A DNA stretch of 64,000 bases. It comes from Chthoniobacteraceae bacterium. Its GTDB lineage: Bacteria > Verrucomicrobiota > Verrucomicrobiia > Chthoniobacterales > Chthoniobacteraceae. Location: NCBI GenBank assembly GCA_037190965.1, contig JBBCKI010000048.1, forward strand, positions 82,982 through 146,981. The letters are read 5' to 3'. Positions 29,030 through 39,668 of this stretch are shown here, piece by piece. Every line of letters starts with the position of its first letter. The first letter of the stretch is position 1. The position numbers were made by a program, and so were the translations under genes. The notes under the pieces are model-generated. The model was not told where the DNA came from, did no database searches, and saw only the letters and a list, made by a program, of their open reading frames with translations.

Positions 29030-30832
29030 TTACCGCCCGATTTCCGGCTGCTCTTCTTTCCTCGCCGTTTCGGCCAAGGCGAGCATCAAATCGGTTTTCG
29101 ACAAGCTCCCCAGCAGGCGGCCATCCGTTGCCGTTACCGGAATGCGTTCGCCCTCGTGCTTTGAAAATCGTTCGAGCGCCTCCGCAAAACTCGCATTCGG
29201 AGTAATGGTGGGGAAATTTCGCCGCTCGATATCGCGCGCAATCACCAGCAGCGCGAGGTTTGGATCGTTAAGATAGCTTTTGATGTCGTGGAGGGAAATG
29301 ACGCCCCTGAATCGCCCACGTTCATCCACCACGTAGAGATAGCTGAAGCGATTATCGACAAACCTCTCGGCGATCTCCGCGAAACGTGCTGACTCCCGGA
29401 CCGACACCGGGTCTCTGCGCATGATTCCGGCGACAGGCATCTTTGCAATCTCGAGGGCAAAGCGCCCCGCGCCTTTCTCTTTCAGCGAATGTGCATAGAT
29501 CGAATTCGGCTCAATGGAACGACTGAGGTAATGCGCCACGACACAGGCGCTCATAAGCGGGAGGATCATTTGATAGTCCAACGTCAGCTCAAAGAGCATG
29601 ATGATCGCCATGAGCGGCGCGTGCGTCGTTGCGGAAAGGAAGGCCCCCATTCCAACCAGCGTAAATTCGGCAAGCGGGAGTGGCTGTCCCGGCCAAACCG
29701 GCCCCAGCGCACCCGCGAAAAGATTTCCCACACATGCCCCCATAAAAAGCGTCGGCGTAAAGACACCGCCGACCGCGCCAGAGCCAAAAGTGGCGGCGGT
29801 TGCGAGGATCTTGAGAATCAGGATCACAACCAGCAGCTTCCAGGCGTATGCTCCATGCAAGATACCGCTGACGACACTGTATCCGTTGCCGCTGACTTCA
29901 GGCATCACTGTAGCGAACAATCCGACCACCGCGCCGCCCGCTGCAAGACGCAGAAATGCCGGGCCCGGGAGCTTTGCGAAAAGCTGTTCACTACGCCCGA
30001 GCAATCGAAGGAACATGGGAGCAATCAGGCCCGCGAGGAGGCCCAGCCCCAAATACGGCACCATCTCCCAGCCGAAGCCGGCCTCACCGGGCGATGTAGT
30101 GATCTGGTAAACCGGGGCACTGCCGAGAAAATGACGCGTGGTGAGTGTCGCCACAACGGACGCAAATACCAGCGGCCCGAAGCTCTCCATCGCCAGTGAT
30201 CGCAGGACGATCTCCGCGACGAAGAGGGCCCCCGCGATCGGAGCATTATAAGCGGAGGCGATGCCCGCCGCCGCGCCGCACGCGACGAAAAGCCGCAGGC
30301 GAACCGTGGAAATGCGCTGGATACGCCCAATCAACGAAGCAACCATCGCCGAAAGCTGAACCAGCGGGCCTTCGCGGCCAATGGAAGCCCCGGAAGCGAT
30401 CGAGAAGAGCGCGGAGAGCGATTTCACAAGGCTCACACGCGAAGAGATGACGCCATTGCCCAGCACGATGGCTTCCATGTAATCCGTGCTACTCTTGGCC
30501 CGCGCCGCAAACCGGCTCGCAAAGCGGAGGGTGACGCCCGCCAATGCACCACCCAGGCACGGAAGAAGCAGCCGCTGCCACCAGGCGAGCCGCGAAAAAC
30601 TTTCCACAAGCCCACCCTTAAACCCGGTGAAAAGCCAATGAACCAACCCGGTCGCATCGCGAAAAAATACCGACACCAAAGCACCGAGAAACCCGATCAC
30701 CCCCGCCCAGAAGAGCGTTGCCTGCAGTTCAGTAAGCCGGAGAGTTTCGGAAACCCGGAGCCAAAATTTAAGCAGCGAAACCCTCCAACGGGCCCATCGA
30801 GAGCAGGCAGGTGCAGGCGCCTCATTCATCAC
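29030..30832 (-). CDS. ClC-family chloride channel/transporter with two CBS domains
   Basis: GASIGREGP, AYNAPIAG, GGVFTP, C-terminal CBS pair. Confidence 0.93.
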   Translation of the reverse strand: MMNEAPAPACSRWARWRVSLLKFWLRVSETLRLTELQATLFWAGVIGFLGALVSVFFRDATGLVHWLFTGFKGGLVESFSRLAWWQRLLLPCLGGALAGVTLRFASRFAARAKSSTDYMEAIVLGNGVISSRVSLVKSLSALFSIASGASIGREGPLVQLSAMVASLIGRIQRISTVRLRLFVACGAAAGIASAYNAPIAGALFVAEIVLRSLAMESFGPLVFASVVATLTTRHFLGSAPVYQITTSPGEAGFGWEMVPYLGLGLLAGLIAPMFLRLLGRSEQLFAKLPGPAFLRLAAGGAVVGLFATVMPEVSGNGYSVVSGILHGAYAWKLLVVILILKILATAATFGSGAVGGVFTPTLFMGACVGNLFAGALGPVWPGQPLPLAEFTLVGMGAFLSATTHAPLMAIIMLFELTLDYQMILPLMSACVVAHYLSRSIEPNSIYAHSLKEKGAGRFALEIAKMPVAGIMRRDPVSVRESARFAEIAERFVDNRFSYLYVVDERGRFRGVISLHDIKSYLNDPNLALLVIARDIERRNFPTITPNASFAEALERFSKHEGERIPVTATDGRLLGSLSKTDLMLALAETARKEEQPEIGR

Positions 30833-31199
30833 ACCCGAGAAAAGGGGCTCTTCGGCTTGCTTTAAAGACTTTTTTCACAGCCACCTTGCATCGCTCCGTC
30901 CGTAGAGTCGAGCGGGTATTGGTCTACTTTCATGGGTATCCTTACCTCTCGATTCTTAGTTTACCTTACTGGAACCGGCGTTCACGTATCACTCATTCAT
31001 CATATCTTTACCCATGATAAAGAAGTATCTCTGCGTCCATCTTTGCCTCGGGGCGCGTGCACCCGGCCAAATACTTCGACGGGACGGGCTAGGTTTCTGC
31101 ATAGGAATATGCACGATGCCAGGATCAAGGATAGTCTGATCGCTATTATCTTGTACCTAGTAAAATCGTATTTACAGTGATTCCAAAATCCCAAAAGCT

Positions 31200-33746
31200 A
31201 TGAACACAAAACGCTCGACTGTTTATGTAGTGGCTGTCGTTGGATTATCGGGAAGTCTCTTCCCCACTCTTTTCCCATTCGGCGCGGCGACCGCCTATGC
31301 CCAATTGGCGACCCCCAGCGCTCTTCCGGGCGGAGTCACTCTGACTCAACCGACTTCCTCCATTCTCCTTACTCCTGGCGAGATCACCGGGCTGCAAACC
31401 TGGTGGAACAGCCCCGCGTCGACCTACCAAACAAATGTCAAAACGGATGTCAACAATACCGCCAATGGCACATTGGTCATGGCAGTGCCATCGACGCTGG
31501 CCGACACCGAAGCCCAAGCCTCCAACGCCCAGGCCAAAGCGCTCCGATGGCTGCTGACCGGCGGTGGCAATACCAGCTTGCCGGATTTTGTCAATGTTCG
31601 CAATGTATTGACCAACTATGCAGGTATCGGCACCGGCAGTTCGGGAATTACCGCCCCCCTGGTGTCCAAAGGCTATTTTGTGGCTTATGATTTCATCAAT
31701 TCGGGCCTGACTGCTCCGGAACGCACCGCGATTCTCGCCCGCCTGGGTGGTTCCAATGTCTTGGGAAAATTCGGCACTCCCTCCAACAATAATAACCAAA
31801 CCTTCATCAACTACGGTGCCAGGGGGCTCTGCGCCCTTCTTGCAGGTAATACAGCCAACCTGAACTCCGCCCTGAACAGCCTTAGATCCGGCTATACCAA
31901 CAACACCACTAATGATGGCTTTCTCACGGATGGCGATCGCTATTTCAATTATACCATGGGGCCAATGGCTCCCTTTCTGAACGCCTACCGGAATGGATCG
32001 GGCGATGCAGCCGGCACGGCCCAATTCGTCAATGTAGCCGAACAACATGCCCAGTATGCCTTGGGAATCCGGATGCCCAACGGCCTTTCGCCGTCATTCC
32101 ACAATAGCGATAACGTGCCACTCGCCATCCAGGAGCTTTCACGCTGCATCGCCGATTCTCAACTCAGGGCTGCCGTTCTTTGGTATGCCGAGGCACTAGG
32201 CAGTTTTTCATGGTCGGGATGGACCAACGCACTCAACAACCAGAATGGCTGGACAGACCTCTTTTGGACGGTGGCAACCGATGTCGCCCCTGCGGCCCCG
32301 ACATGGTCTCCCACCTATTTCTCCGGCGGGCAGGCAAAGATCTCTGTCTTTCGCAATGACTGGGGCACGGGTAGCAACTACCTGGCATTAACGGCGGGCA
32401 TCGATAACCCCTCGAGCTTCGCCCAGCATGATACAGGAGCGATCACGCTCGTCGCTGAAGGAACTCAAGTCCTGGTCGAACCCGGCTATTCCCGCTACAA
32501 CGGATTTCTGGGGATCGGAGCCGACTCCGCGATGCCGAACACTCCGGCCGGGGGCAGCCCCAATCTCGTGACCTCCAACGCCATCGAACACAATGTTCTT
32601 CTTGCCAAGAATACCGGCGGCAGTTCCTGGGGAATCGGCGACGGCAATTCCCAGGGAATCACGACGACGAATACCACCGTCACCAATCGACTCGATTCCA
32701 CGGAGCGCGGCAGTTTCAAAGGCGTAGCCGATTTCTCCACGCTACGGACCACCTATGGCGGTTCTGGCGCTGGCTCCAATGTTCAAGTCCGGCGTTCCAC
32801 CGCCATGATCAATGAATCGTCCATCGACCGGGGTTACTTCAGTATGGCCGATTCGTTCCGCCGCACTAACGCGACCAACAAAGATATCGCCCTCAACCTG
32901 ATCGGCAAATCGACCGCTGCCAACACCGCCATCGTGGCCAATACGGCCACCTACAAAAAGATTCGCTGGACGGTCGATACCTACCTCGGAACCTACAGCG
33001 TGACGAACAATCCCGGGTTGCCATCCAGCCTGATCCTCGGATTCCCGTATAACCAAACGATCGACGGGCAGGTCATTGCCCATATCGTTTCCAGTGGATC
33101 AATGAACGCGGTGGGACAGGATACTTCGTGGATGATTGAAAACTGGGGTGTTTTCATCCAGACCCAGCGGATGCGCGTTTCGCTGACCAACATCGACCGC
33201 GGAGCGTTCCTGTCTCTCTTCGAGACCGGTGCAGCCAATGCCGCCAGCCGCTGGACGGTGACCCCTCTGTCAGGCACCGACTACGCCGCCGCCCGGATCG
33301 TCTCACTGGATGGCTGGACCGACTGGCATCTCTCGCAAACCTCCTCAACCAACGTCCACGCGACATCCGCTGGAGCGAGCGTCTCCATCGACAGCGGAGC
33401 ATTGGTCTCCGATGCGCAGTATGCCTACCTCCGAAAAGTGGCAAGCACCCTGGACAGCGCCATGGTCTCCCGAGGCACAACGCTCTCCTCTGCGGGCACG
33501 CTCATCTTTAGCTCAAGCAACCCGGTTACCACGTCGCTCCTGTTCTCTAATCTGGCAGGGGGAACGATCTCCGGAACCATTTCGATGGACGATTACACCA
33601 ACGGGACTGTGCTGACGTTCAATCTTCCGGGGCCAATCACCAGCGTCACTTACAACGGTGCCGCTCTGGCCATTTTTACCGCCAGCACGGTCACGATTCC
33701 CTCTGTTGCGGGCGTCGAGAGTGCTTCGTTTATCATTAACTTCTAG
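31200..33746 (+). CDS. Large secreted heparinase II/III-like (polysaccharide lyase-like) protein
   Basis: Signal peptide (…AYA-Q); helical N-half (NNNQTF, DGDRYFNY, PSFHNSD); ISVFRNDW, QHDTGAITL…VLVEPGY, EHNVLL typical of Hepar_II_III; Ser/Thr/Asn-rich. Confidence 0.6.
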   Translation: MNTKRSTVYVVAVVGLSGSLFPTLFPFGAATAYAQLATPSALPGGVTLTQPTSSILLTPGEITGLQTWWNSPASTYQTNVKTDVNNTANGTLVMAVPSTLADTEAQASNAQAKALRWLLTGGGNTSLPDFVNVRNVLTNYAGIGTGSSGITAPLVSKGYFVAYDFINSGLTAPERTAILARLGGSNVLGKFGTPSNNNNQTFINYGARGLCALLAGNTANLNSALNSLRSGYTNNTTNDGFLTDGDRYFNYTMGPMAPFLNAYRNGSGDAAGTAQFVNVAEQHAQYALGIRMPNGLSPSFHNSDNVPLAIQELSRCIADSQLRAAVLWYAEALGSFSWSGWTNALNNQNGWTDLFWTVATDVAPAAPTWSPTYFSGGQAKISVFRNDWGTGSNYLALTAGIDNPSSFAQHDTGAITLVAEGTQVLVEPGYSRYNGFLGIGADSAMPNTPAGGSPNLVTSNAIEHNVLLAKNTGGSSWGIGDGNSQGITTTNTTVTNRLDSTERGSFKGVADFSTLRTTYGGSGAGSNVQVRRSTAMINESSIDRGYFSMADSFRRTNATNKDIALNLIGKSTAANTAIVANTATYKKIRWTVDTYLGTYSVTNNPGLPSSLILGFPYNQTIDGQVIAHIVSSGSMNAVGQDTSWMIENWGVFIQTQRMRVSLTNIDRGAFLSLFETGAANAASRWTVTPLSGTDYAAARIVSLDGWTDWHLSQTSSTNVHATSAGASVSIDSGALVSDAQYAYLRKVASTLDSAMVSRGTTLSSAGTLIFSSSNPVTTSLLFSNLAGGTISGTISMDDYTNGTVLTFNLPGPITSVTYNGAALAIFTASTVTIPSVAGVESASFIINF

Positions 33747-33788
33747 TGGAGAGCCGTACGACTTTCGTTAACCGACATCTTCCATTTG

Positions 33789-33852
33789 GCGGGGATGGAC
33801 GTGACATGCGTCGCGTCGGCTCTCCATCTCCCGCGCCCTCGGCGAGAGCGGG
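33789..33852 (+). repeat. Degenerate 3' half of REPIN-like element
   Basis: GCGGGGATGGACG…CTCCCGCGCCCTCGGCGAGAGCGGG matches core end and right arm. Confidence 0.65.
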
Positions 33853-33946
33853 AGTGGGTTACCAGTAGGCTCCGTGATTTCGACCTTTGTTCCGAGAACT
33901 CGAATCAGGTCGAAGCGCCACTCTGCGAAAGCTCGCTGGGGAGCAC

Positions 33947-34540
33947 CTACTCACCCACCCGCTTCTTGAAAAATTCGTTAAAATCAGTGCCTTTTGCCTT
34001 ATTGGCCGCTCTCTCCTGCGAAAATTTCCTGTCCAAATCGGCCAAGACCTTTTGAGGGCCGACATACTCTCCGCCCACATAGCTACTCATCACTACCTTA
34101 CCGTCGGCATCCAGGACGACCAGGTTGGGAATTCCGTTACCACCGTATTTTTTGAGGACGAATCGCTTCTCATAATCGATCACGGGCCATGGCATCCGCG
34201 CCTCTTTCATATAGCCGACCATCGCGGACTGCGATTTGTCGCTACTGCAAAACACCAATTCAAATTCCGGGTGATTCTTCTTCACCCGATTATAAAATTG
34301 AACAAGATCCGGCGTGAACGCGCGGCAAGGCGGACACCAGTGCGCTGAAAAATAGATCGCGATGAGCTTGGCTTTATCGAGGTTGCTTTCGTCATACGCT
34401 TGAAGGTCATTGCGCTCCAGTGAGAACAACGCCCCCTTGAGGGAATCCGATACGGTGCCCGCCTGAAGCGGACTCAATGCAGATCCCAACCAGCAAGCGG
34501 TCACAGTGAATAAGGTTTTAAACAACGTGCTGTTTTTCAT
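33947..34540 (-). CDS. Exported nucleoredoxin/tryparedoxin-like thioredoxin
   Basis: Signal peptide; YFSAHWCPPCRAFTP, FELVFCSSD, MPW, GIPNLVVLD. Confidence 0.88.
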   Translation of the reverse strand: MKNSTLFKTLFTVTACWLGSALSPLQAGTVSDSLKGALFSLERNDLQAYDESNLDKAKLIAIYFSAHWCPPCRAFTPDLVQFYNRVKKNHPEFELVFCSSDKSQSAMVGYMKEARMPWPVIDYEKRFVLKKYGGNGIPNLVVLDADGKVVMSSYVGGEYVGPQKVLADLDRKFSQERAANKAKGTDFNEFFKKRVGE

Positions 34541-34680
34541 GGGGTGTCCTTTTTTTGATCCGTCACTAAACGCCCCCGGATGATGACTGAAACCGGATTC
34601 AATGGCAATGAAGCTTTCAAAGGAAAAACAAGCTTTTCGGAGTTTCGAATGAGCTTCCGGGAACCCTCCTTGACGCTATA

Positions 34681-35388
34681 ATGGGCAAAATGTCGAAAAC
34701 CACCGCCTCTTCAAAAACGGGAAGGTCAAAGGCTACCGAGTATGTAATGGCGGCCCCGGCAACCTCCGCGCCACGAAACGCTCGCGCGACGCAGACGCGC
34801 GGGCGGATTCTCCAGACCGCCATCCGCCTCTTTTCGCAAAAGGGATATGACGGGGCGAGCGTGGACGAGATTGTCGCCCGCGCAAAGGTCAATAAGCGGA
34901 TGGTTTACCACTATTTCAAGAACAAGGAGGGCCTCTATGCCGCCGCGCTGGAGCAGGTGTTCGAGCGGCTCGCCAATGTGGAAGCCAAAATTTTTCACGA
35001 CCAACCCAGCGCCGACCTCGCCATCGAACGGATTACCACGGCTTATTTCGGGTTCCTGCACAAGAACCCGGAGTTCTTCGCCCTGCTGCATTGGGAAAAC
35101 CTTCAGGGTGGCAAACATCTCAAGGCGCTCCCGGCGTCCGTCACCAAAGCCCCCCTTCTGGAAGCGCTGGGCCGCGTCATCGACGAAGGAATTGCCTCCG
35201 GCCAAATTCGCCCCGAGATCGACAAGCGGCACATGCTGATCGACCTGATCGGCATCTGCATGATCTACTTTTCCAACCGGCACACCCTCTCCCGCACCGT
35301 CGGCCTCGACATGGAAGACCCGGGCACTCTCAAGGAAGGGCTGCGGCATGCGCTCTCGCTGATCCGCCACGGGTTTTTGAAAGCCTAG
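34681..35388 (+). CDS. TetR/AcrR family regulator
   Basis: RILQTAIRLFSQKGYDGASVDEI…MVYHYFKNKEGLY; start may lie further downstream. Confidence 0.92.
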   Translation: MGKMSKTTASSKTGRSKATEYVMAAPATSAPRNARATQTRGRILQTAIRLFSQKGYDGASVDEIVARAKVNKRMVYHYFKNKEGLYAAALEQVFERLANVEAKIFHDQPSADLAIERITTAYFGFLHKNPEFFALLHWENLQGGKHLKALPASVTKAPLLEALGRVIDEGIASGQIRPEIDKRHMLIDLIGICMIYFSNRHTLSRTVGLDMEDPGTLKEGLRHALSLIRHGFLKA

Positions 35389-35404
35389 CGTTACATTCCC
35401 TCCT

Positions 35405-35746
35405 ATGACACAAGAACCGAGTCCCGAGATAAAGCCCCTCTCTTTCACCAAAAGAGAAGCCCGATTTCTCGGAGGCCTCGCACTTTTTGGCGCGTTGATT
35501 CCCAATGGAATTTTCTGTTATTACTTTTTCACAGCCCCCGAAGTCACCAAAGACGCTCTCAGCAACCCTATTTCTTTGGTATTTATCATCGAAGCATTTA
35601 TCCTGATGGCTCTCTTTGCCTGGCTGCTTCGAAAAACCGTCAGGAACGGAGTTGGTGCGACACGCTTTGTAGTCATGTCTTTACTGGGAAGCATGGTTTT
35701 CAGTATTCCCGCCACCCTCTATCTGATGTTTCGCAAAGAGCGGTGA
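35405..35746 (+). CDS. Small membrane protein (3 TM)
   Basis: Three hydrophobic segments; follows TetR closely; lower GC. Confidence 0.7.
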   Translation: MTQEPSPEIKPLSFTKREARFLGGLALFGALIPNGIFCYYFFTAPEVTKDALSNPISLVFIIEAFILMALFAWLLRKTVRNGVGATRFVVMSLLGSMVFSIPATLYLMFRKER

Positions 35747-35918
35747 AATCTCTCGACAGCCTCCCCTCTTTCAACGGCAAAACGGTCGTCAGCAAGGAGT
35801 GGAGGAATAGCCGATGCGGTGTTCTCCATGATCGAAGTCACCGTTTTTAGAGGGGAGATTGGGGGTTGCCCCCTCTGCCTTGACAACCCCGCGCTTTCTC
35901 CATCACCCTGCCCCCGCC

Positions 35919-37742
35919 GTGAAAAATCTACTGGGAACCCTCAAGGCGGCTTTTGGCTATGACGCCTTCCGGCCCCACCAGCGCGAGATCATCGAGGCCT
36001 CACTGGCGGGGCGCGATGTCTTTGCCCTGCTGCCCACCGGCGGCGGCAAATCGCTCTGTTTCCAGATTCCAGCGCTGCATCGTGACGGGCTGACCATCGT
36101 GGTCTCGCCGCTGGTCGCCTTGATGAAGGACCAGGTCGACCAACTCGCCGCCTCCGGGATCGCGGCCACTTATCTCAATTCCACGCTGACTGCCGCCGAA
36201 GCGCGCGCGCGGCTGCGGGGGCTGCACCAGGGCGAGTATCGGCTCCTCTACGTCGCGCCGGAGCGGCTCATGCTGGAGGACTGGAAGGAGAACCTCCTTT
36301 CATGGCACGTCACCGCGTTTGCCATCGACGAAGCGCATTGCATCTCCGAATGGGGCCATGACTTCCGCCCCGAGTATCGCCTGCTCGCGCAACTGCGCGA
36401 CCTGCTGCCGCATGTCCCGATGATGGCGCTCACAGCCACGGCCACGCCCCGCGTGCGCGAAGACATCGTCCGGGCGTTGCGCCTGCGCGATCCCGCCATC
36501 TTCGTCGCCAGCTTCAACCGGCCCAACCTGGCGTACCGCGTCATCCCGAAGGATAAGCCGCTTTCACAAATTCTCGAATTCATCGGCACGCGCACCCGGG
36601 AGAGCGGCATCGTCTACTGCGCCTCGCGAGCCGCCGCCGAGCGGGCCGCCGAAGCCATCGCCGCCAAGGGCTACAAGGCGCGCCCCTACCATGCCGGGCT
36701 CGATGCGAAGACCCGCGCGCAGAATCAGGAGCTTTTCCTGCGCGACGACGTCCGCATCATCTGCGCGACCATCGCCTTCGGCATGGGGATCAACAAACCC
36801 AACGTTCGCTGGGTCATTCATTACGATCTACCCAAGAACATCGAAGGCTATTATCAGGAGACAGGCCGCGCCGGACGTGACGGGCTCCCCGGCGAATGCC
36901 TCCTGCTCTTCAGCCCGGGCGATGCCGCCAAGCAGACTCATTTCCTCGACGAGATCACCGACCCCGAAGAACAACAGAACGCCCGCACCCAGCTTCGCAA
37001 GATCATTCATTACGCGGAGACGAGCGCGTGCCGCCGCGCGGAGTTGCTCGATTACTTCGGCGAAACCTACGTGTCCCCCTCCGCCAATGGCTGCGGCGGG
37101 TGCGACAACTGCCTGGAACCCCGCCAGACCTACGACGGCACCCTTGCCGCGCAAAAGCTCCTCTCGTGCGTCTACCGGGTGGCGCAGGCGAGCGATTTCG
37201 GCGTCGGCCTCAACCACATCATCGAAGTCCTCACCGGGGCCTCGACCGAAAAAGTCCGCCGCTGGGGCCACGACAAACTCACCACCTACGGCATCGGCAA
37301 AGAGACTTCACGTTCCGAATGGGGAGCCATCGGGCGGGAACTGATGCGGCTGGGCTACCTTGCGCAGGCTCCCGGCGAATTTCCGACGCTGGAACTCACC
37401 CGCGAAGGAATCGACTTCCTCCGCACCCGGAGTTCCGTAACGCTCACCCGCCCGCTCGTCATTCCCAAGGCCCGGCGCTCCGAATCACGGGATGGCGCGA
37501 TCATCTGCGACGAGCGTCTCTTCGAACGCCTCCGTTCCCTCCGAAGGGAGATCGCCGACGAAAAAGGGGTCCCTGCCTACGTCATCTTCGGCGATAATAC
37601 CCTGCGCCAGATGGCCCGGGATTATCCGGAGGACGAGGACGAGATGCGCGAGATCAGCGGCGTCGGCGAGAAGAAACTCGCGGAATTCGGCGAACTATTC
37701 ATCGACGCGATTGTGGAGTATATGGAAGAGACGGGACGATGA
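35919..37742 (+). CDS. recQ: ATP-dependent DNA helicase RecQ
   Basis: LPTGGGKSLCFQ, DEAHCISEWGHDFRPEY, QETGRAGRDG, Zn-binding Cys cluster, RQC and HRDC; GTG start. Confidence 0.97.
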   Translation: MKNLLGTLKAAFGYDAFRPHQREIIEASLAGRDVFALLPTGGGKSLCFQIPALHRDGLTIVVSPLVALMKDQVDQLAASGIAATYLNSTLTAAEARARLRGLHQGEYRLLYVAPERLMLEDWKENLLSWHVTAFAIDEAHCISEWGHDFRPEYRLLAQLRDLLPHVPMMALTATATPRVREDIVRALRLRDPAIFVASFNRPNLAYRVIPKDKPLSQILEFIGTRTRESGIVYCASRAAAERAAEAIAAKGYKARPYHAGLDAKTRAQNQELFLRDDVRIICATIAFGMGINKPNVRWVIHYDLPKNIEGYYQETGRAGRDGLPGECLLLFSPGDAAKQTHFLDEITDPEEQQNARTQLRKIIHYAETSACRRAELLDYFGETYVSPSANGCGGCDNCLEPRQTYDGTLAAQKLLSCVYRVAQASDFGVGLNHIIEVLTGASTEKVRRWGHDKLTTYGIGKETSRSEWGAIGRELMRLGYLAQAPGEFPTLELTREGIDFLRTRSSVTLTRPLVIPKARRSESRDGAIICDERLFERLRSLRREIADEKGVPAYVIFGDNTLRQMARDYPEDEDEMREISGVGEKKLAEFGELFIDAIVEYMEETGR

Positions 37743-37994
37743 GGGAAATTTTTCCACCCTCTGATGAAATTCGATCTCGGTTTTCGATCATCTCGGCAAA
37801 GCTCGATGCAGGCTTTCCGTCCTTATCTCCTTCCCTGACCAATGCGGCATCAAACGCACCCTTCTCTCTGTAAAAAGCGGCTGGTGTAACCGGGCCGAGT
37901 GTATTATGGCTTCTCTTAAAGGAGCCAAGGACCCGAGACGTCACCCGCCCGTGGCGCCATCCACCCTTAAAGTAAAACGGAACCGACACCCAGC

Positions 37995-39668
37995 ATGAAC
38001 GTATATTCTTCCCCAAGACTTTGGTCCGTTTTTCTTCGGCGGATGATTGTCTTGGGCATCGTATCCGGTGTGCCTCTCTTTGCAGCGGAATCCCCCATCG
38101 CAATCACACCCACTCGCGGCGTTCTCCTTCCCGGCACGTGGAAGGTCTTGGAGAGAGCAACCGACGTGACGCCGCCCTCGCAAACGTTGGTCTCTCCCAG
38201 GGAACCGGGGGCCGTCAAGGTCCTCCTGAGCGCATCGGCCGTCGATGAATCGCGCAAAATCTTTCTTTGCGCCTTCCGCACCGATGTCGTCTCCATGTCA
38301 CCGCCCATCTGGACCGGCAAGCAAGCCGAAGACTTCGAACTAAGCAGCTTTTTGAACGGCATTGTGGGTCAAGGCTATATTCCCACCAAGACCGCCGTTC
38401 TCCGACCCGGAGAACAGAATCAGAATACGCCGATCACCATTCAAGTGAGCGGGAAAAATGCGGCGGGAGAGGCGCGGATCTTTACCAATACCGTCATCAG
38501 CGACGGCCGTTCCATCGTCCGGCTCCACTCCTCACGCCTCGAAGCCGACATGGTTGGCGACACGGAGATCCGTGCGATTCTGCGCTCTCTTTATACAGTT
38601 GAAGGGAAAAAATACGATAGCCTTCCCGAACCGGCTCTCACCACCAATCAGACCATTGCCACAACGCTCGGCGGCTCGGCCACATCCCTCCCTCCTACAG
38701 ACTTTGATACTGCCGCGTTTGCAAATCTTGTGCAAAAACACCAGTCGGCTCTGTTGATCGTCGAGGGGCAGAAGAGCGTTGGCAGCGGATTCGTCTGCTC
38801 GATCGATGGTCGGGCGTTCGCCTTTACCAACACACACGTCATCGCCGGAAATCGTACTTTCAAACTGACCACAATTAAAAACACCGCTGTCACCGCCTCG
38901 GCTTGCTCGCTTGCTGCCGGGCGCGACCTCGCCCGGTTTGAAATCCCTGCTCCCGAAATCAATTTTGAGGCCCTGACTGACTTCGAAAATACTGTGAAGA
39001 TCGGCGATGCCGTGGCCGTGCCCGGTAATTCCGACGGCGCGAGGGTCGTAACCATCGTTTATGGAAAAGTGGTCGGCATCGGCCCGGACCGAATCGAAAT
39101 CGACGCCCCTTTTGTCCAAGGCAATAGCGGCAGCCCGATCATCCATCTCAACTCAGGTAAAGTAATCGGCATCGCCACCTACTTAATCGTGCAGCATAAG
39201 TCAGCCTCGGACAGGTCGGATTCCGACACAACCCCAACGCCGCGTCGATTCGGATATCGATTGGACCTGATCAATACCTGGGAACCGGTCCAATGGCAGC
39301 GATTTTTCTCTCAGGCGGCAACGATGGAAAACATCGATCTCGTCAGCGCCGACTTCGTCAAACTTTGCGATCAATCAGGTTCCAATGACATGTTGAATTC
39401 CGCTCATTATTCAAGTGCCACCGTAAGACGCGCCGTCGAAACATTTGCCGCAGCCGTCCGGGGCAACAGGAACATGAGCCAGGCAGACAGGAAAAACCAT
39501 GCCCGCCGGTTTATCGCCGATCTACGATCGGCAAGTCGCAACGATATCCAGGCGTTCACCTCGCAAAATGTCCACGACTACTTCCGTCGTCGGGCGGAAG
39601 AGCAGAATCAGTTTCGCAACGAGTGGTATGATGCGTTGACGCGCATCATGCAAGCCCAGATGAACTAG
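37995..39668 (+). CDS. Secreted trypsin-like (S1) serine protease with unknown N- and C-terminal domains
   Basis: GSGF, TNTHVI (His), RDLA (Asp), GNSGSP (Ser); signal peptide-like N-terminus. Confidence 0.8.
   Translation: MNVYSSPRLWSVFLRRMIVLGIVSGVPLFAAESPIAITPTRGVLLPGTWKVLERATDVTPPSQTLVSPREPGAVKVLLSASAVDESRKIFLCAFRTDVVSMSPPIWTGKQAEDFELSSFLNGIVGQGYIPTKTAVLRPGEQNQNTPITIQVSGKNAAGEARIFTNTVISDGRSIVRLHSSRLEADMVGDTEIRAILRSLYTVEGKKYDSLPEPALTTNQTIATTLGGSATSLPPTDFDTAAFANLVQKHQSALLIVEGQKSVGSGFVCSIDGRAFAFTNTHVIAGNRTFKLTTIKNTAVTASACSLAAGRDLARFEIPAPEINFEALTDFENTVKIGDAVAVPGNSDGARVVTIVYGKVVGIGPDRIEIDAPFVQGNSGSPIIHLNSGKVIGIATYLIVQHKSASDRSDSDTTPTPRRFGYRLDLINTWEPVQWQRFFSQAATMENIDLVSADFVKLCDQSGSNDMLNSAHYSSATVRRAVETFAAAVRGNRNMSQADRKNHARRFIADLRSASRNDIQAFTSQNVHDYFRRRAEEQNQFRNEWYDALTRIMQAQMN

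Noticed and set aside
29030..30900. ClC gene as fluoride exporter with a fluoride riboswitch
   Set aside because: Has GREGP and GGVFTP rather than the CLC-F signatures, and no riboswitch consensus upstream
30890..30930. Possible decayed REP arm (GTCGAGCGGGTATTGG)
   Set aside because: Too short and degenerate to distinguish from chance
33851..33930. tRNA-like sequence (TTCGA motifs, …GCGCCA)
   Set aside because: Forms a simple hairpin (TTCGACCT/AGGTCGAA); no cloverleaf or anticodon arm
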